Origin: the human T2T-CHM13v2.0 reference genome, Homo sapiens
Length of the DNA stretch: 64,000 nucleotides
Strand: one strand, 5' to 3'
Assembly: GCF_009914755.1 (NCBI RefSeq)
Contig: NC_060925.1
In this document: in pieces, positions 26,690-39,420 of the stretch
Layout: every line of letters begins with the position of its first letter
Numbering within the stretch: the first letter of the stretch is position 1
The notes under the pieces: generated by a model
What the model saw: the letters and a program-made list of their open reading frames with translations, nothing else
Database searches by the model: none
What the model was told of the DNA's origin: nothing
Program-made: the position numbers and the translations under genes

Positions 26690-27560
26690 AATCTCCTTCT
26701 AGCAGATGACATTGCCTTCTAGTTCATGGAGGAAGTGGAATCCTTTAATCTTGAACTTTCTCAATCTCCCTGTACATTTTCTTCAAATGTATCTATTAGG
26801 TTGGTGCAAAAGTAATTGAGGTCTTTCCATTACTTTTAATGGCAAAGACCGTAATTACTTTCGCACCAACCTAATACACTTTTTTTCTTTTCTCCTTTCT
26901 CAGTAAGAATCTCTCTGTTCTGCATAAAGATGATTCCTCTACCTGTACACCTCATACCAGCCTCCTGTCTTATCTGTCATGCCCTTTGATGTTTCCTTCT
27001 CTGTAGCCGACAGACATTCTCTTCCAACCTAGAGAACCTACAGAAATGACAGAAACCTTCCCTTGACTGGATCTTTCTTAGCTATATACAGTCTTTCTCT
27101 TTTTTATGTCGTCTGAATTCTCAAAGACAGAAATCTACACTTCCTCAACCCACTTTGGTCTTCCTTTGTCTCCATCTTTGACTGATATTTTTTTCTAGTC
27201 AGTGTCACCAGGACTCCACAGTTGCTTAATGCAATGTATATTTTTCAGTCTTGATCTTATTGAGCCTCTTTCTTAGCAGTATTTGATACTTCATGACTTC
27301 TCAGAAGCTCTACTCCCTTGACCTCTGTAATCCTCGGTATTTTTATTCTCCCTATTGGGCATCTTTTCTCACCAGGTTCTGAGATATTGATGTTTCTGTT
27401 GAGTTCTGACTTCAGACTGGCTCTGCATGGATCTCATTCTACATTCTTGTTGAGGGATCCCATCACTCTCAGGGTGTTTGTGACTCACCCACTAGACTGA
27501 GAACTTCTTGATGTCGGACCTTGTGACTCATTCATTGTTGTATCCCACAAGGACAGAGTG
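26690..27560 (+). mobile_element. L2 fragment (ORF2/3' region), interrupted by MADE1
   Basis: Pyrimidine-rich L2-type text: 'gcagatgacattgccttcta', 'tttcagtcttgatcttatt..agcagtatttgatac', 'ccactagactgagaacttcttga'. Boundaries approximate. Confidence 0.7.
26796..26874. mobile_element. MADE1 (Hsmar1-derived mariner MITE), full length
   Basis: 79-bp palindrome ttaggttggtgcaaaagtaatt...aattactttcgcaccaacctaa with TA duplications at 26794-26795 and 26875-26876. Confidence 0.96.
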
Positions 27561-30419
27561 CCATTATCAACACAATGGGTCCCTCCTGCTTGATGGACCA
27601 TGGAACCTTGGGTCCTGTGCATCTCTGTGAACCACCAAGGGTACATAGGGCCTTATTTCCTGTGTCGCTTTCACCCTTGCACAGGAGGATTTATCTGCTG
27701 GGTATGAGACAGGTCTTTGTGACATTTTAAAAAAATCATAGGACTATACTGTTTCAAAGGAGGCCCAAAGGAGGTTTGAATAGCAAAATTCAAACAGTAC
27801 ATTGATGGTACATAAAAGGAATACTGGGTATACTATGTAGTATGTTTTTGTTCTATATACTAAAACCTGTTTACCTGTTTGCACATAAGTAAGGCTATCT
27901 TCATATTGACTAGATGATAAAGCTCAAGTGTAAAGGAAACCTTAATTTGGGACTAAGGAAACAGGGAAATTAAGTTTTTAATATATCCAATTAAAATTTT
28001 TAATAAAAATGTTTAACAGTCTTATATTTGAATTAATTATAAGATTTTTTCTGTTGCATTAAATCATTTTATATCTTATGCTAAACTTGACCGACTAAAA
28101 GAAAACAACTTTTATGCAATTAAACTATTTGTTTTTTAAACAGACCCTTTTGTGTTTGCTGAATCGGCAGAAATGTTCTACTAATTTTTTTCTGTGGTTG
28201 ACTAATTAGCAAATGGATTGCTGGGCTTTGGCGTATGCGTGCACATATTTACGTACCAAATATTGCTATGTTGTGTAAGTGTGGATTCATTTTGTATGTG
28301 TGCTCTGTATTTTTCACTACATGTTTGCTGACTGTGATTTTAATGGACATTTGAATGCATGTGATTTCAGTGGGTGTGCACTTTACATACATTTCAAATA
28401 CGTTGGATCCTACCACTATGTACTTTGGAGTTATCTCCTTTCTCATTTTCTCCAAGAATTTAGTTGTAAGCAGTATGTTACTGAACATTCAGATTCCCAG
28501 TAATGGCTTGAAGGAAGCATTTCTTGTATACAATGAACCCGAATCAACTTCTGTGAATAACTCATTTGCATTTTTAAAATACAGAAAATATAAAAACTAC
28601 AATACTAAATTAGTCAGCTACAACCTATTATTTCTTGTCTGAATAATTAATTCACAATTTGAATTTCTCCCTGAAAGTGATTTTTGTTTTGCAAGCCATC
28701 AGATAGTGTGCTTGCCATTACTCACCAAGTTCTAACTCATAAAGTTATGGATTGAGTACTCTTTGCCCCATATATGAAATGGATATAAATGGTTTACTTA
28801 ACAAACATGTATGGAGTGCCTGCTGTATGTCACACATAGTATAGGCCCTGAGGATAATATGGTATTAAATTTTCTGTGGTGATGAATTATATACACTATG
28901 ATAAAATTAATAATACAGCATTACAATGAGTAAAAATTATTGTTTGATATATTGAACAGTTGTTTCTCTTGTGGTTATATTTACTTAAGTGCCTGGACAG
29001 CATGCAAGGGGGGAGGAATAGAAAGATGAAATTTTATATGATGGTACTGTGATCTGGAGAGGGAATATTCATACACTAACTTTCTGCTATTACTTTAGGA
29101 ATATCTCTGAAGTAAAGAAGTATGGAATAAAGAGATAATATTATGACTTATTATTTTCCAAGCTGGATAGATAAGATGAAAAGGGAAACAAAGAATACTC
29201 CAAATGCTTCTATAATGCACTTTCAAAAATATACATCTCCAGCTAAAATTTAATGTAAATGCTTAATTTGCTTGATTATAGGTATTATGCAGTTATTTAC
29301 ACTATACTGCGTAAGCTATAGTGCTCTATAGTTTTAGCTCATCTATAATGCATTGATAATGTAAATGTATTCATACTTTTATCACCACAATTATTTGAAA
29401 AAATCTTGCTTTTGTAAAATGAACTGTTTAGATAGAAGTATCCATTACACTTGGCATTGTAAGAATGTATTGACTGCTTAGAAAGGGCCAAAATAAATAT
29501 CCCTAGATATGCATAATTTATATATGAGATTAAGTTATATGTATTATGCGTCTATAAAACATGTATGTTTTTGCTGTCGCAGATTTAATGTAAGTATAGA
29601 TTGGTATTGGTCTGTGCCTACATGTATGTGCTCCATGAGTACAGAATCAGGGAGTTGTATATAAAGGCCTCATTGATGATAGTGGGAACAAAGCTGAAAA
29701 GAGAGCAATTGAGAGAGAAAGAGGGAGAAGGAAAGAGAATAGTAGTGATTAAGCTAGCATTGTTCTATACAGATCGCTAGCTGCCTGCTATTGTTTTCCA
29801 GCATTTGAAGATGAAACATATTCATTTAGCTTTCAGAACGAATGGCTTTAATAAGGGCAGAGCGGGAGAGGTGGGGTAACACTGATGACTAGAGAGACCC
29901 ATCAAGGCTCCCCCTAAGGCCATTCCGTCAGTGCTGAGGACCACATGACCATTAACTCTGCAATCAGGACAAGTTTTCAACATTCCGGGGTATCCTTCAA
30001 TGGCAGAAAGAGTCATTTGGAGTCAAGAGAAGATGTATATCAGCAGTAATTGGATTCTGGCCAAGGCTCTTAAGACAGTATTATCTATGGTGAGGGAACA
30101 GGGAGGGGCTGGACAAAGCATGAGGCATGTGATTCAAGCCATAGCTGAGAGAGCAGTAGCCACTACAGGCCACAGGCTGCCGGCACAAAGAGCAAGCAGT
30201 TTGTTTGCTCAGGAGTCATTGTGGCTTGTCTATGGATGTGAGCAATCCTCCATCTCCAGCAGAAACTGGCTTCTGAATATCCTGCAAGTCAAAACGTTGG
30301 GCTCAAAAGATGAGGCCATCCTGGTTGCACTTGACTAGACAAAGCTATTGAAGGCCTGAAAGTGCCCCATCCAGCCTCTTCCCACTGCAGCCCCTCTCCC
30401 CTCCCTTCACCCTGACTAC

Positions 30420-30700
30420 TTCATTACAATCTGCCTTCAGGCCGGAATTGCCCTGCTTAAGCCTCAAATCATTATAATTACCATTATTAGAAATAGCTGC
30501 GGGGGAGGCATTGGAACACCAAGTAAAAATGTGTGAGTGTGTCCGCTGGCCCTGGAATCACTCTTTTTGAGCTCGGGGGAACCACAAGGCATGAGGGTTC
30601 CACCAAAGCCAGCTAATGCGACGGCTGTCAGCTCCACTCACCCCACCTGTCAAGAGGGGGATGCAGTGGGGTTCATTTTTTTAATTGACACCTTCCTCTC
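30420..30700. promoter_or_regulatory. Candidate enhancer (MEIS/RUNX/homeodomain motifs)
   Basis: CTGTCA at 30625 and 30647, AACCACA 30580, TAATTA/TAATTG cores, several CpGs, repeat-free. Confidence 0.35.
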
Positions 30701-31660
30701 TCATTCCACGCTCTCTCGTCTCAACCTAATTCCTCCTTTCATCTTCCTTCTTTTCTCTGAGAAAAATTCATTCCTCTGTTATTTGAATAAAGAAAAGGGA
30801 AAAAGCCACAGAAGGAACAATGACATATACATTATCCTCCAGAAAATACATAGATTTTAACAAAGGCAGAAGTCAGGAAATGCACCAAAAGTCAGAAGAA
30901 TAATTGTGAAGCAAATATGAGGCAGACAAGATGGACAGATGGAGGAGAGAGATGTAGGAAAGAAAGCCAGCAAAACAGGATGGAAAGAAAGGGGGAAGGA
31001 GAGAGAACATGCATAAAAATCAGAGGGAGAATCAAGTAGAGAAGAGCTAGTGAGAGTACTGTGTTTCTTATTGTCTAGTTTACTTCTAGTCCTTCTTTAA
31101 ATGAAGGCTAGAGTTTCACTCTATTAAAAGAAAGGAGAGTGGGAATATGGTGGAGCCAAAAAATAGATAACATGTGAATATGCCTTTGATTTTCAGCTCA
31201 CAAGTAGTCCTTTCTATAGGTATTCAAGAGGGATTATGAGATGAGATAGGATTCAGTGCCGTTGACAGAGACCCAAGGAGACAAGAAAGGTGTGTGTCTA
31301 AGTGGATTCCACCAAACAGTGGTGCCTGAGCATCTTCTTGCCTTGACTTTTAGCAGTCCTGAGAAGTCCGCCCATTTTCTCAGCACCTGATGGCGGAACT
31401 CCACCAGAAAAGCTCCAAGTACAGGCCATGGACTGACAAGCTTTTTAGTTCTTCGAATGGTCATTTATTTTCAGTTAGATTGGCACACATCACGTTAGTA
31501 GTGTCTAGAGATGTACTGGATAAGTCGTCTAAATAAAAAACTAAATTAGGATGAAATTAGAAAAATATATAAATATATCAGAGTTTTTCAGTATTGATAT
31601 CCATTGTTTTTATTTTTGATCAATGAGGTATAATTCACATAAATAATTCACCAATTTTAA

Positions 31661-32086
<426 letters not shown>

Positions 32087-32548
32087 TCACACCGAAAGGT
32101 CTCCTCATGCCCCTTTACAGTCAACCTTCCCCACCTCCCCCCAACCGGTGCCTGGCACCCACTGATCTGCTTTCTGTTGCTATTTATAAGCTCTTCTAGA
32201 ATTTCATTCTTTAAATGAAATTATATGGAATATAGTTGTGTCATGCTTCATATATATATATATGGCTTTTCATGTGTAATCTAAAAATAATGCTTTGAGA
32301 TGTATCTACATTGTTGCTTGGCTTAATAGTTTGTTGTTTCTGAGTAGTATTTTATTGTGGGAATAGACCACAATGTGTTTCTTCGTTCATCCATTGATGA
32401 ACATTTGGATCATTTACAGTTTGGGGTTCTTAAGAATAAAGCTACTGTGAACATTTGTGTGCAAATCTGTGTGTGGCATATATTTTCACTTCTCTTAGAT
32501 AAATATCTAGGACTTGTATTCCCAAGTCATACGGTAACTCTCTCTCTA

Positions 32549-32817
32549 TTTGGAGACAGGGTCTCTCAGGCTGGAGTGCAGTGATACAATCCTCTAGCTC
32601 ACTGTAGTCTCAAAATCCTGGGCTCAAGCTATACTGCTGCCTCAGCCTCCCAAGTAGATAGGATTATAGGCATGTGCCACTATACCTGGCTGATTTTTAT
32701 TTTCAATTTTTTTCTAGAGATGGGATCTCACCATGTTGCCCAGGCTGGTCTCAAACCCCAGACCTCATGCAATTCTCCCAAAGTGCCACATTATAGGCAT
32801 GAGCCACCACATCCTGC
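32549..32817 (-). mobile_element. AluJ, diverged
   Basis: 'gagacagggtctc..cctgggctcaagc..catgttgcccaggctggtctcaaac'. Confidence 0.9.
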
Positions 32818-33419
32818 AATATATTTAATTTCATAAGAAACAACCACACCATTTTCCACAGTGGTTATGCCTCTAACCCCTTCTGGAAGGAGACCATATC
32901 ATCTTTTCCATACAGGACAAATTAAATGAGGTATTACAGATAGTGATAGAAGTAGGCATGGCTGATATATAGGCTTCCTGTGCACTATAAAGCTGTCCAT
33001 GCTCAGATGCATAGTTCAAATTAATCATTAGTCAACCTAGTTAAATTGTGCAGTTATTTTAAAACAACAGAAAACTACTTTGCGAGGTTACATGTCACAG
33101 TTTCTCTAACATCCTACTTGGGCCACACCTTTTCCAAGAAACCTTCCCTAAGTAACTCATCCTTACTTCTCATTTCTTCCACTATTATTTATGTAAATTA
33201 TATTGTAGACAGTATTTTTGTAACTATTTAGTTGTTTCTAGTTGGTGTGATGGCTTATTTCATGATATGTTTTGGTATAGGTTCAAAATTGGGGAATAGT
33301 TACTGGGCTCCATGTACCCTGTGTGTTCAGTACATTCTTGAGTAAGCGAACCTAGTTTCCAGAAGCTGTAGTCCAGAAAACTACCACTCTCTCATCTAAG
33401 ATAAAATATCTTAAATAAC

Positions 33420-33800
33420 ACATAAGGATTCCCCTGGCGCAAACCAATCATAGACGTACACTCGCCTGCGATCCAGTATATGTGTTTCTGTTCATTTGCC
33501 TAAAATGGGCTCCACATTCAGCTCCCTACCTTTGAGTAAATAATCATGCGATAAAGCTCAAGAAATACGTGGTTGTGGGTTTTATTTTTCCACCTCGGCT
33601 GCTGATGTGTTACCTAGCAGGCTGTGTTCTACACAGGGCTTGGTTCTCTCTCACAGCTTGTGGTAAGCGAAATTATTCCAAGATTCAATGAATACCTGCT
33701 ATTGAGCGGCTTCCCTAACCACCCAAACTGGTCTTTTGTTAGTGGTTATTGAGAGGATTGTCACAGCCATTGACCTACGCAATTTTACTTCAAAAGAAAT
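33420..33800. promoter_or_regulatory. Candidate regulatory element (CpG-retaining, CCAAT box)
   Basis: About 10 CpGs in 360 bp amid AT-rich DNA; NF-Y consensus AACCAATCA 33442-33450; RUNX TGTGGT 33659. Confidence 0.4.
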
Positions 33801-34819
33801 GAGCATTTTTCTTCCCCTTTCATTTCTAAAAGCAGATATGGCAATTTGCTTAAATTGCTGTCTTTAAAAGTTTAGATGATTATACTTTTTCCCCCTTGCC
33901 TTTTTTCTTCCTTTTCATTTAAGCAGCACAGTGCCGTCTCTTTTTCTGGGATTGGACACGGTTCCTGCTGCAGGGTTCATGAAGTGGTTGTGCATGCGTG
34001 TGTGTGTGTGTGTGTGTGTATGTATATTATCTCCTTACACATTAGTGTTCATTTGTCTGAGAACTCTTTTCAGACAAAGTAAGGCTACGTTGAACTCTTC
34101 GATTAACATTTTATATTTTAATGCTAGGGTTCATTTTCTCTAGGCCCCAATACTAGAGGTTTGCGGGTGAAAATAAAATGAAAATACACCTAATGGAAAA
34201 ATCTCTGTCTCTTTATGTAGGAAGATATGGTAGCAACTAGCCTCAGAGACTTAGGAGTAGGCAAGATAGGTTACACCTTCAAGATTTTATGTCTGAAGAA
34301 GAAACAGAATTTGATCTAAATGTAGGAAGAGGAAATAAAAGGTGCCTGTGAAGAACTAACGCTAGGAACACAGGGAAGAAAGAGATGAAGATGAAAGGTT
34401 ACGGCTAGTTGGCAGAGGCCAAGAGAGCATCCTATTCTTAGACCCAGCACCTTGGATCTAGTTTCCCTGTGTTGCAGTTATCTCTACTATGATGTGCAAC
34501 AAACCATACTGAGCCATATACTTGATGCCATATACTTTATACGTGCCAAAGAATATGATGCAATAAATACATTTTAAATTATAGTATGGAAAAAATAAAA
34601 AAAAAATGAAAAGACTCAGTTCTGTCTTCAGGGAACTCACAATCTAGTAGCCAGACTTTATCCCTAATAGGGATAAAGGAGCTGTATTGCAAATAGGCCA
34701 CCATATCAGAGTGGAGACCAGTTGATGTAAAAAGCAAACCCATAACTATCTTTGGTGATGGTAGGCTGAACCCCTCAAAGCTCAGAACCCACTGATAAGG
34801 GTTTGTGTAACATGTAGTT

Positions 34820-35100
34820 AGTATATTTACTGAATACCTGATTATGTGCCAGATATTGTGTTAGGTGTTTGGGATACAAAGATGAATTCATTAATTAATT
34901 CACAAAATATTGAATGTGCATCTATTATGTGCCAGACATGTATAGACATTATCTTCGCTCTCAAGGAACTTGCAGTTGGTGTAGAAGACAGATATATAAC
35001 ACTGAACTCTTTTCAGTACTTAATAAGAAGTACTTTATAATGTAGATATTTTGCTTAATTCTATGGGAAGATAGAAAAGGGGATCTTATTCTGCCCATGG
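34820..35100 (-). mobile_element. Nested or tandem L2 3' fragments
   Basis: 'tatttactgaatacctgattatgtgccagatattgtgttaggtg..gggatacaaagatgaa' followed by a second 'tattatgtgccagaca'. Confidence 0.7.
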
Positions 35101-35389
35101 GATATTGATATTTGATCAACTGTTACTAGATGTGGAATTAAGATTTGGAGATTATCGAACTTTAAATACTGTTAAATATGGCAGCCTGAGTAAAAATGTA
35201 AATATGAAAATCTTACAAGAGCTAATAATTTATGTCTGTGTGAATGCTCATGTTTGCATTAATAAAGGTTTTATTTAGTAATTGATTTTCCCTGTCTGCC
35301 TTGGCACTATGTAGGATTAATCGTTTTGCCTATCCTCGATATGGTATAGATTGTGAAGCACATTTTCTAAAACATAAGCAAAGAAGTTG

Positions 35390-35428
35390 CTCAAGGATAT
35401 AACTCGAGGATATAACTCAAGGATATAA
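35390..35428. repeat. 13-bp tandem repeat x3 (ctcaaggatataa)
   Basis: Units at 35390, 35403 (one a>g) and 35416. Confidence 0.95.
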
Positions 35429-35964
35429 CCCATAGTCCTTGTGGCTATTTGAGACTCATGAAGTGAAGGCAGCATTCGTGGGACATGAGGAAGAGATCTC
35501 TGGACTCATAGGGCCAGAAGGACTTTTTGGTAAAATTCCTTTTTCATATGATTCACATGTATGCCTTCATTATTCCAAAGAATGTCAGACAGATTTTCAG
35601 GAATATAAATTGCTATTTCTGTTAAGCAGCCTCCTCAAAGCAGCCAGAAAGGTCTTTTAAGTCAAATGTATTTCAGATCCAAGAGAGCAAGAACAATGGT
35701 ATACTAGGTCATATGGTCTTTTGGCCCTGCCATTTAAATATAATATCTGTACAAGGAAGTAACTGCAGGAGTAGTCTGTATATTCCTGTTGGTTGGCTGG
35801 TGGGAAGGTAGCTAACCTTTTGTTTCTTTCTTTTTCAGTACACTGCTTTAATAAATGGTAACAGTGCTTTAATAAGTCCCCTGGCCATCATCTTACTTAT
35901 GATCTCTAGATGAAGACCACTGTGTGAAACTGGTATCCTAGGAGGTTGGAGTGAGCATGTATGA

Positions 35965-35968
<4 letters not shown>

Positions 35969-36012
<44 letters not shown>
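35969..36012. repeat. (GT)22
   Basis: Read directly. Confidence 0.97.
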
Positions 36013-36013
<1 letters not shown>

Positions 36014-36486
36014 GCTTGATTTATAAACCACTGAAGCCCGATGAAGTACTAGGGTGAAAATCACCTACGTTTCCAGAGGAAAAAAATGTCACCATCAATT
36101 CCAAGAGGGACTTGTAAACCTGAAACTAACAGCCAATGGTTTAATTTTTTTAAGGTAGATTTTTTTTTTAACATTTCTAGGCTTACTATATTCTATCTGG
36201 AAAAATATAAATTTATGGGCAAAAAGAAAAGCTGAGAGTCGTAGTTTTCATGGGAGAGCCAAACAAAAAATACCCATTATTGAAAGGCAGTCTTTCAGGG
36301 ATTCTTGAAAAGAAAGGTAACCTTTCTTATTCATAGTGCAGTTACCTCTTGAGAAACTGCAGATTAGGGAAACCTGTAGATATTTTATTCTATCTCAGGT
36401 AGGGAAAGACAAGCCTTCAAAGGCTTTTAATGACAGGGTATCTGTATTACTTACGGATTGGAAGGCCCATCATGTATTCAATATCA

Positions 36487-36805
<319 letters not shown>

Positions 36806-37401
36806 TCAGTACAGTAGTAGATCCATTTTAAACCAAAAAGTAAGTACATAAATAAAAGACACATTGAGGCCAATATCTACGTTAGAACTCAGGTATCTAC
36901 TTAAGGAAATTGCTATATAAAAACAGTCCATTTTTAGATAACCTTGTCCTAACCTCCCTCTGACTTAAAAAATGAAATTGGAGAGCGGCTGCTTGACCCA
37001 AAAAAGACCACATGAAGATCAATTTAACCAAATTTGGGCTTTTATTTAAATATCTACAGAATGAGGTTAATAGTCCTGGCCAGCTTGCTGCTTGAAAATG
37101 CTAGAGGCATGGCTTCTGAAAGTGACTGTAGAGCGGTTGACAGAGATGAATGTGAAATAGTAATGAATAACTTCATAATAGAGCAGAGATGTCATGGCTT
37201 TGCATACAGCTTTGACTCCAATAATACGATCCACTCTGCTGAAATGGGGTCAGTTCCTGACAAACAGCAATGTAAGCCAGTGAAGAAGATTCCTACAGGG
37301 CCAGAAACAGTGATGGGGCTAAGCCAGAGAAACCCAGCTAGCCTAAAGGGGGTGCCTGTAGTGGTATTTTAGCTATTGTATTCCTTCCGTACAAACACCC
37401 A

Positions 37402-37480
37402 GTCGATGGCTACACAATAAGATGGCCATGATAATAGTAAGGTCGATGGCTACACAATAAGATGGCCATGATAATAGTAA
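37402..37480. repeat. Perfect 39-bp tandem duplication (period 40)
   Basis: gtcgatggctacacaataagatggccatgataatagtaa at 37402-37440 and 37442-37480. Confidence 0.98.
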
Positions 37481-37882
37481 TATGTATTGCCATGATAACA
37501 GAATTGCTAATGACTCTATTGGCCTGTTTTGTTCATCTCCTTTTCTCATTGCAATCTTAGAATTTTGGTTGACTCTGACATGTTGAATTGTGTGTTTTTT
37601 AAATTTTTTTCTTTATATCTTTTTAAATAAGGCATCCTCAGGACTCAAGGATATAATACTCCTAGCCCTTGGATCCACTAGTTTGATCTTATTACTTGAA
37701 ATTTACATTCTACTGCTGCTGTTGGAAGCGATGTGTTTCCAGTGCTCACTTTTGCATGGCACTATGCTGCACCCCTTAGAATTTATTAAGTGGTATTTAA
37801 GAGAAGGTGCATCATCTTTTATATATGTTTCCAAAATTGATTCTAAGGGAATCCAAAATTTTGTCAGACAGCTTACTAACAC

Positions 37883-38298
37883 TGTATCAGTTAAAGTTAA
37901 GTCTCTCAGCCAAGCACATTAAAATAAAATTAAAAAATGGTGGCTTAAACAAAGTCATGGAATAGAATTCCAGAGGTGGGTCATTAGGGAGCCAAAGGCC
38001 TTTATGAAGGGGATTTTCTACCCATCACATCAATGTTCCAGGCAAAAAGGAAGGAAGGAGAAGACTAGAATGGGAATACTTCTCAACTGAGTTAGTTCTT
38101 TTAAGAAGCCTTCTTAAAACTCCAGTATAACACTTACATATATGTACAGTTATCCAGAACTTAGTCCTATGGCTACTCCTAGCTGCGAGGGAGGCTAAGA
38201 AATGTAATAATTTACCTGGGCATATTACTTGAATAAACTGGAGTTCTGTTTCCAAGGAGGAAAGGTAGAATGGATATTGGCTAGGTAACTAGAAGTCT
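37883..38298 (-). mobile_element. MLT1 (K/L-type) MaLR solo LTR
   Basis: 'tgtatcagtta..ggtggcttaaacaa..ccagaacttagtcctatggctactcctagctgcgagggaggctaagaaatgta..aatggatattgg'. Confidence 0.8.
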
Positions 38299-39199
38299 GA
38301 TGGGAACTTATGGACACGATTGATTAGTCTTGATTACTTCACTTCCACATTTGTCCCACAGCACCAGGAGATACACCAGGAGCTAGGGTCACATGAGAGG
38401 GTGATGGCATAATTTCAGGAATATAAGAAGACACAGGCAAACTCTTCCCACATACTTGGTGATGGGAAGTGAAAGTCAGAAATTCAAAATCATGTGTCTG
38501 ACTCAAGAGGGGATTATATTTCCTAGGTTTATTTCTAGCCTAATCTTGTAACTTTGGAGGAATTTCTCTTCTCTGTTCCATAGTTCCTTACTGCCTTACT
38601 ATGTTTGAATTGAGATATCAAAAATTTCTCATACTTACTACCAAAGAATTTCCAACCACAATGTCTTAGATACGTCTAATGAGCAAATAATTATTGAACA
38701 GAGCCCCTCTTAACTGAAACAACAATAATACTCATGGTTATACCAACATTTTTGTAGCCTCCATAGGTACCCAGTGCAATTCAAATTCAAATGCCTCATT
38801 AGATCCTCTCAGAACTCTTTAAGACAGAGGTAGGGTCTCATCTATGGGAGAACATCCTGATCTGGCGGGATCCCCTCTGCATCCCCAGTAGCTAGAAGAG
38901 TGCCTGGCACAGAGTCATTGCCCAGTAAATAATTTCTCCCCACTTTCCCATAGGCACTGTCTACTCAGGGACATAAGGGTCAATTCAAAAAAGACTGCAG
39001 ACGTGGCCTCTGCTCTTAGAGAGTTGTTGATCAGGAGGTAGCAGATAGGTAGGTAATCTGAGGACATTTTTTTCAGCAGCATAGGCAAAAATTGTATATA
39101 TGTCCCAAACCTTAGTTGAGCTATTGGGCTCTCATCTTATCTAAGAAGACAGTGGTGGGGGTGGTGGTGGGTGGGAAGAGAAAGGAGGGATTGCATCTT

Positions 39200-39420
39200 G
39201 GTTGATTGCCCGTCACCTGCCAGACTCTAAGCCATGTAATACACCAAACTTACAAGGTAATATTTTTATTCTCTACAACAGACTTGCAAAGTACTGTTTC
39301 TATTCCCATTTTCAAAGACCGGGAAACTGAGTCAGAGAGCAGCAGAACGTTGCTGAAGGCCACATATCTAATGAGTGGCAAAGCCGATATTAAAATCCAT
39401 ATTTTTTTCCGCTATGCCAC
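39200..39420 (-). mobile_element. MIR
   Basis: 'tattcccattttcaaagaccgggaaactgagtcagagag..aaggccacatatctaatgagtggcaaagcc'. Confidence 0.75.

Noticed and set aside
26796-26874. Naming a specific MIR548 gene
   Set aside because: MADE1 copies are numerous and I cannot match this one to a named miRNA.
33885-34025. Long pyrimidine tract with AAGCAG acceptor before a TG repeat
   Set aside because: No convincing donor nearby.
37402-37480. Direct repeats as a CRISPR array
   Set aside because: Two adjacent copies, no spacers, eukaryotic context.
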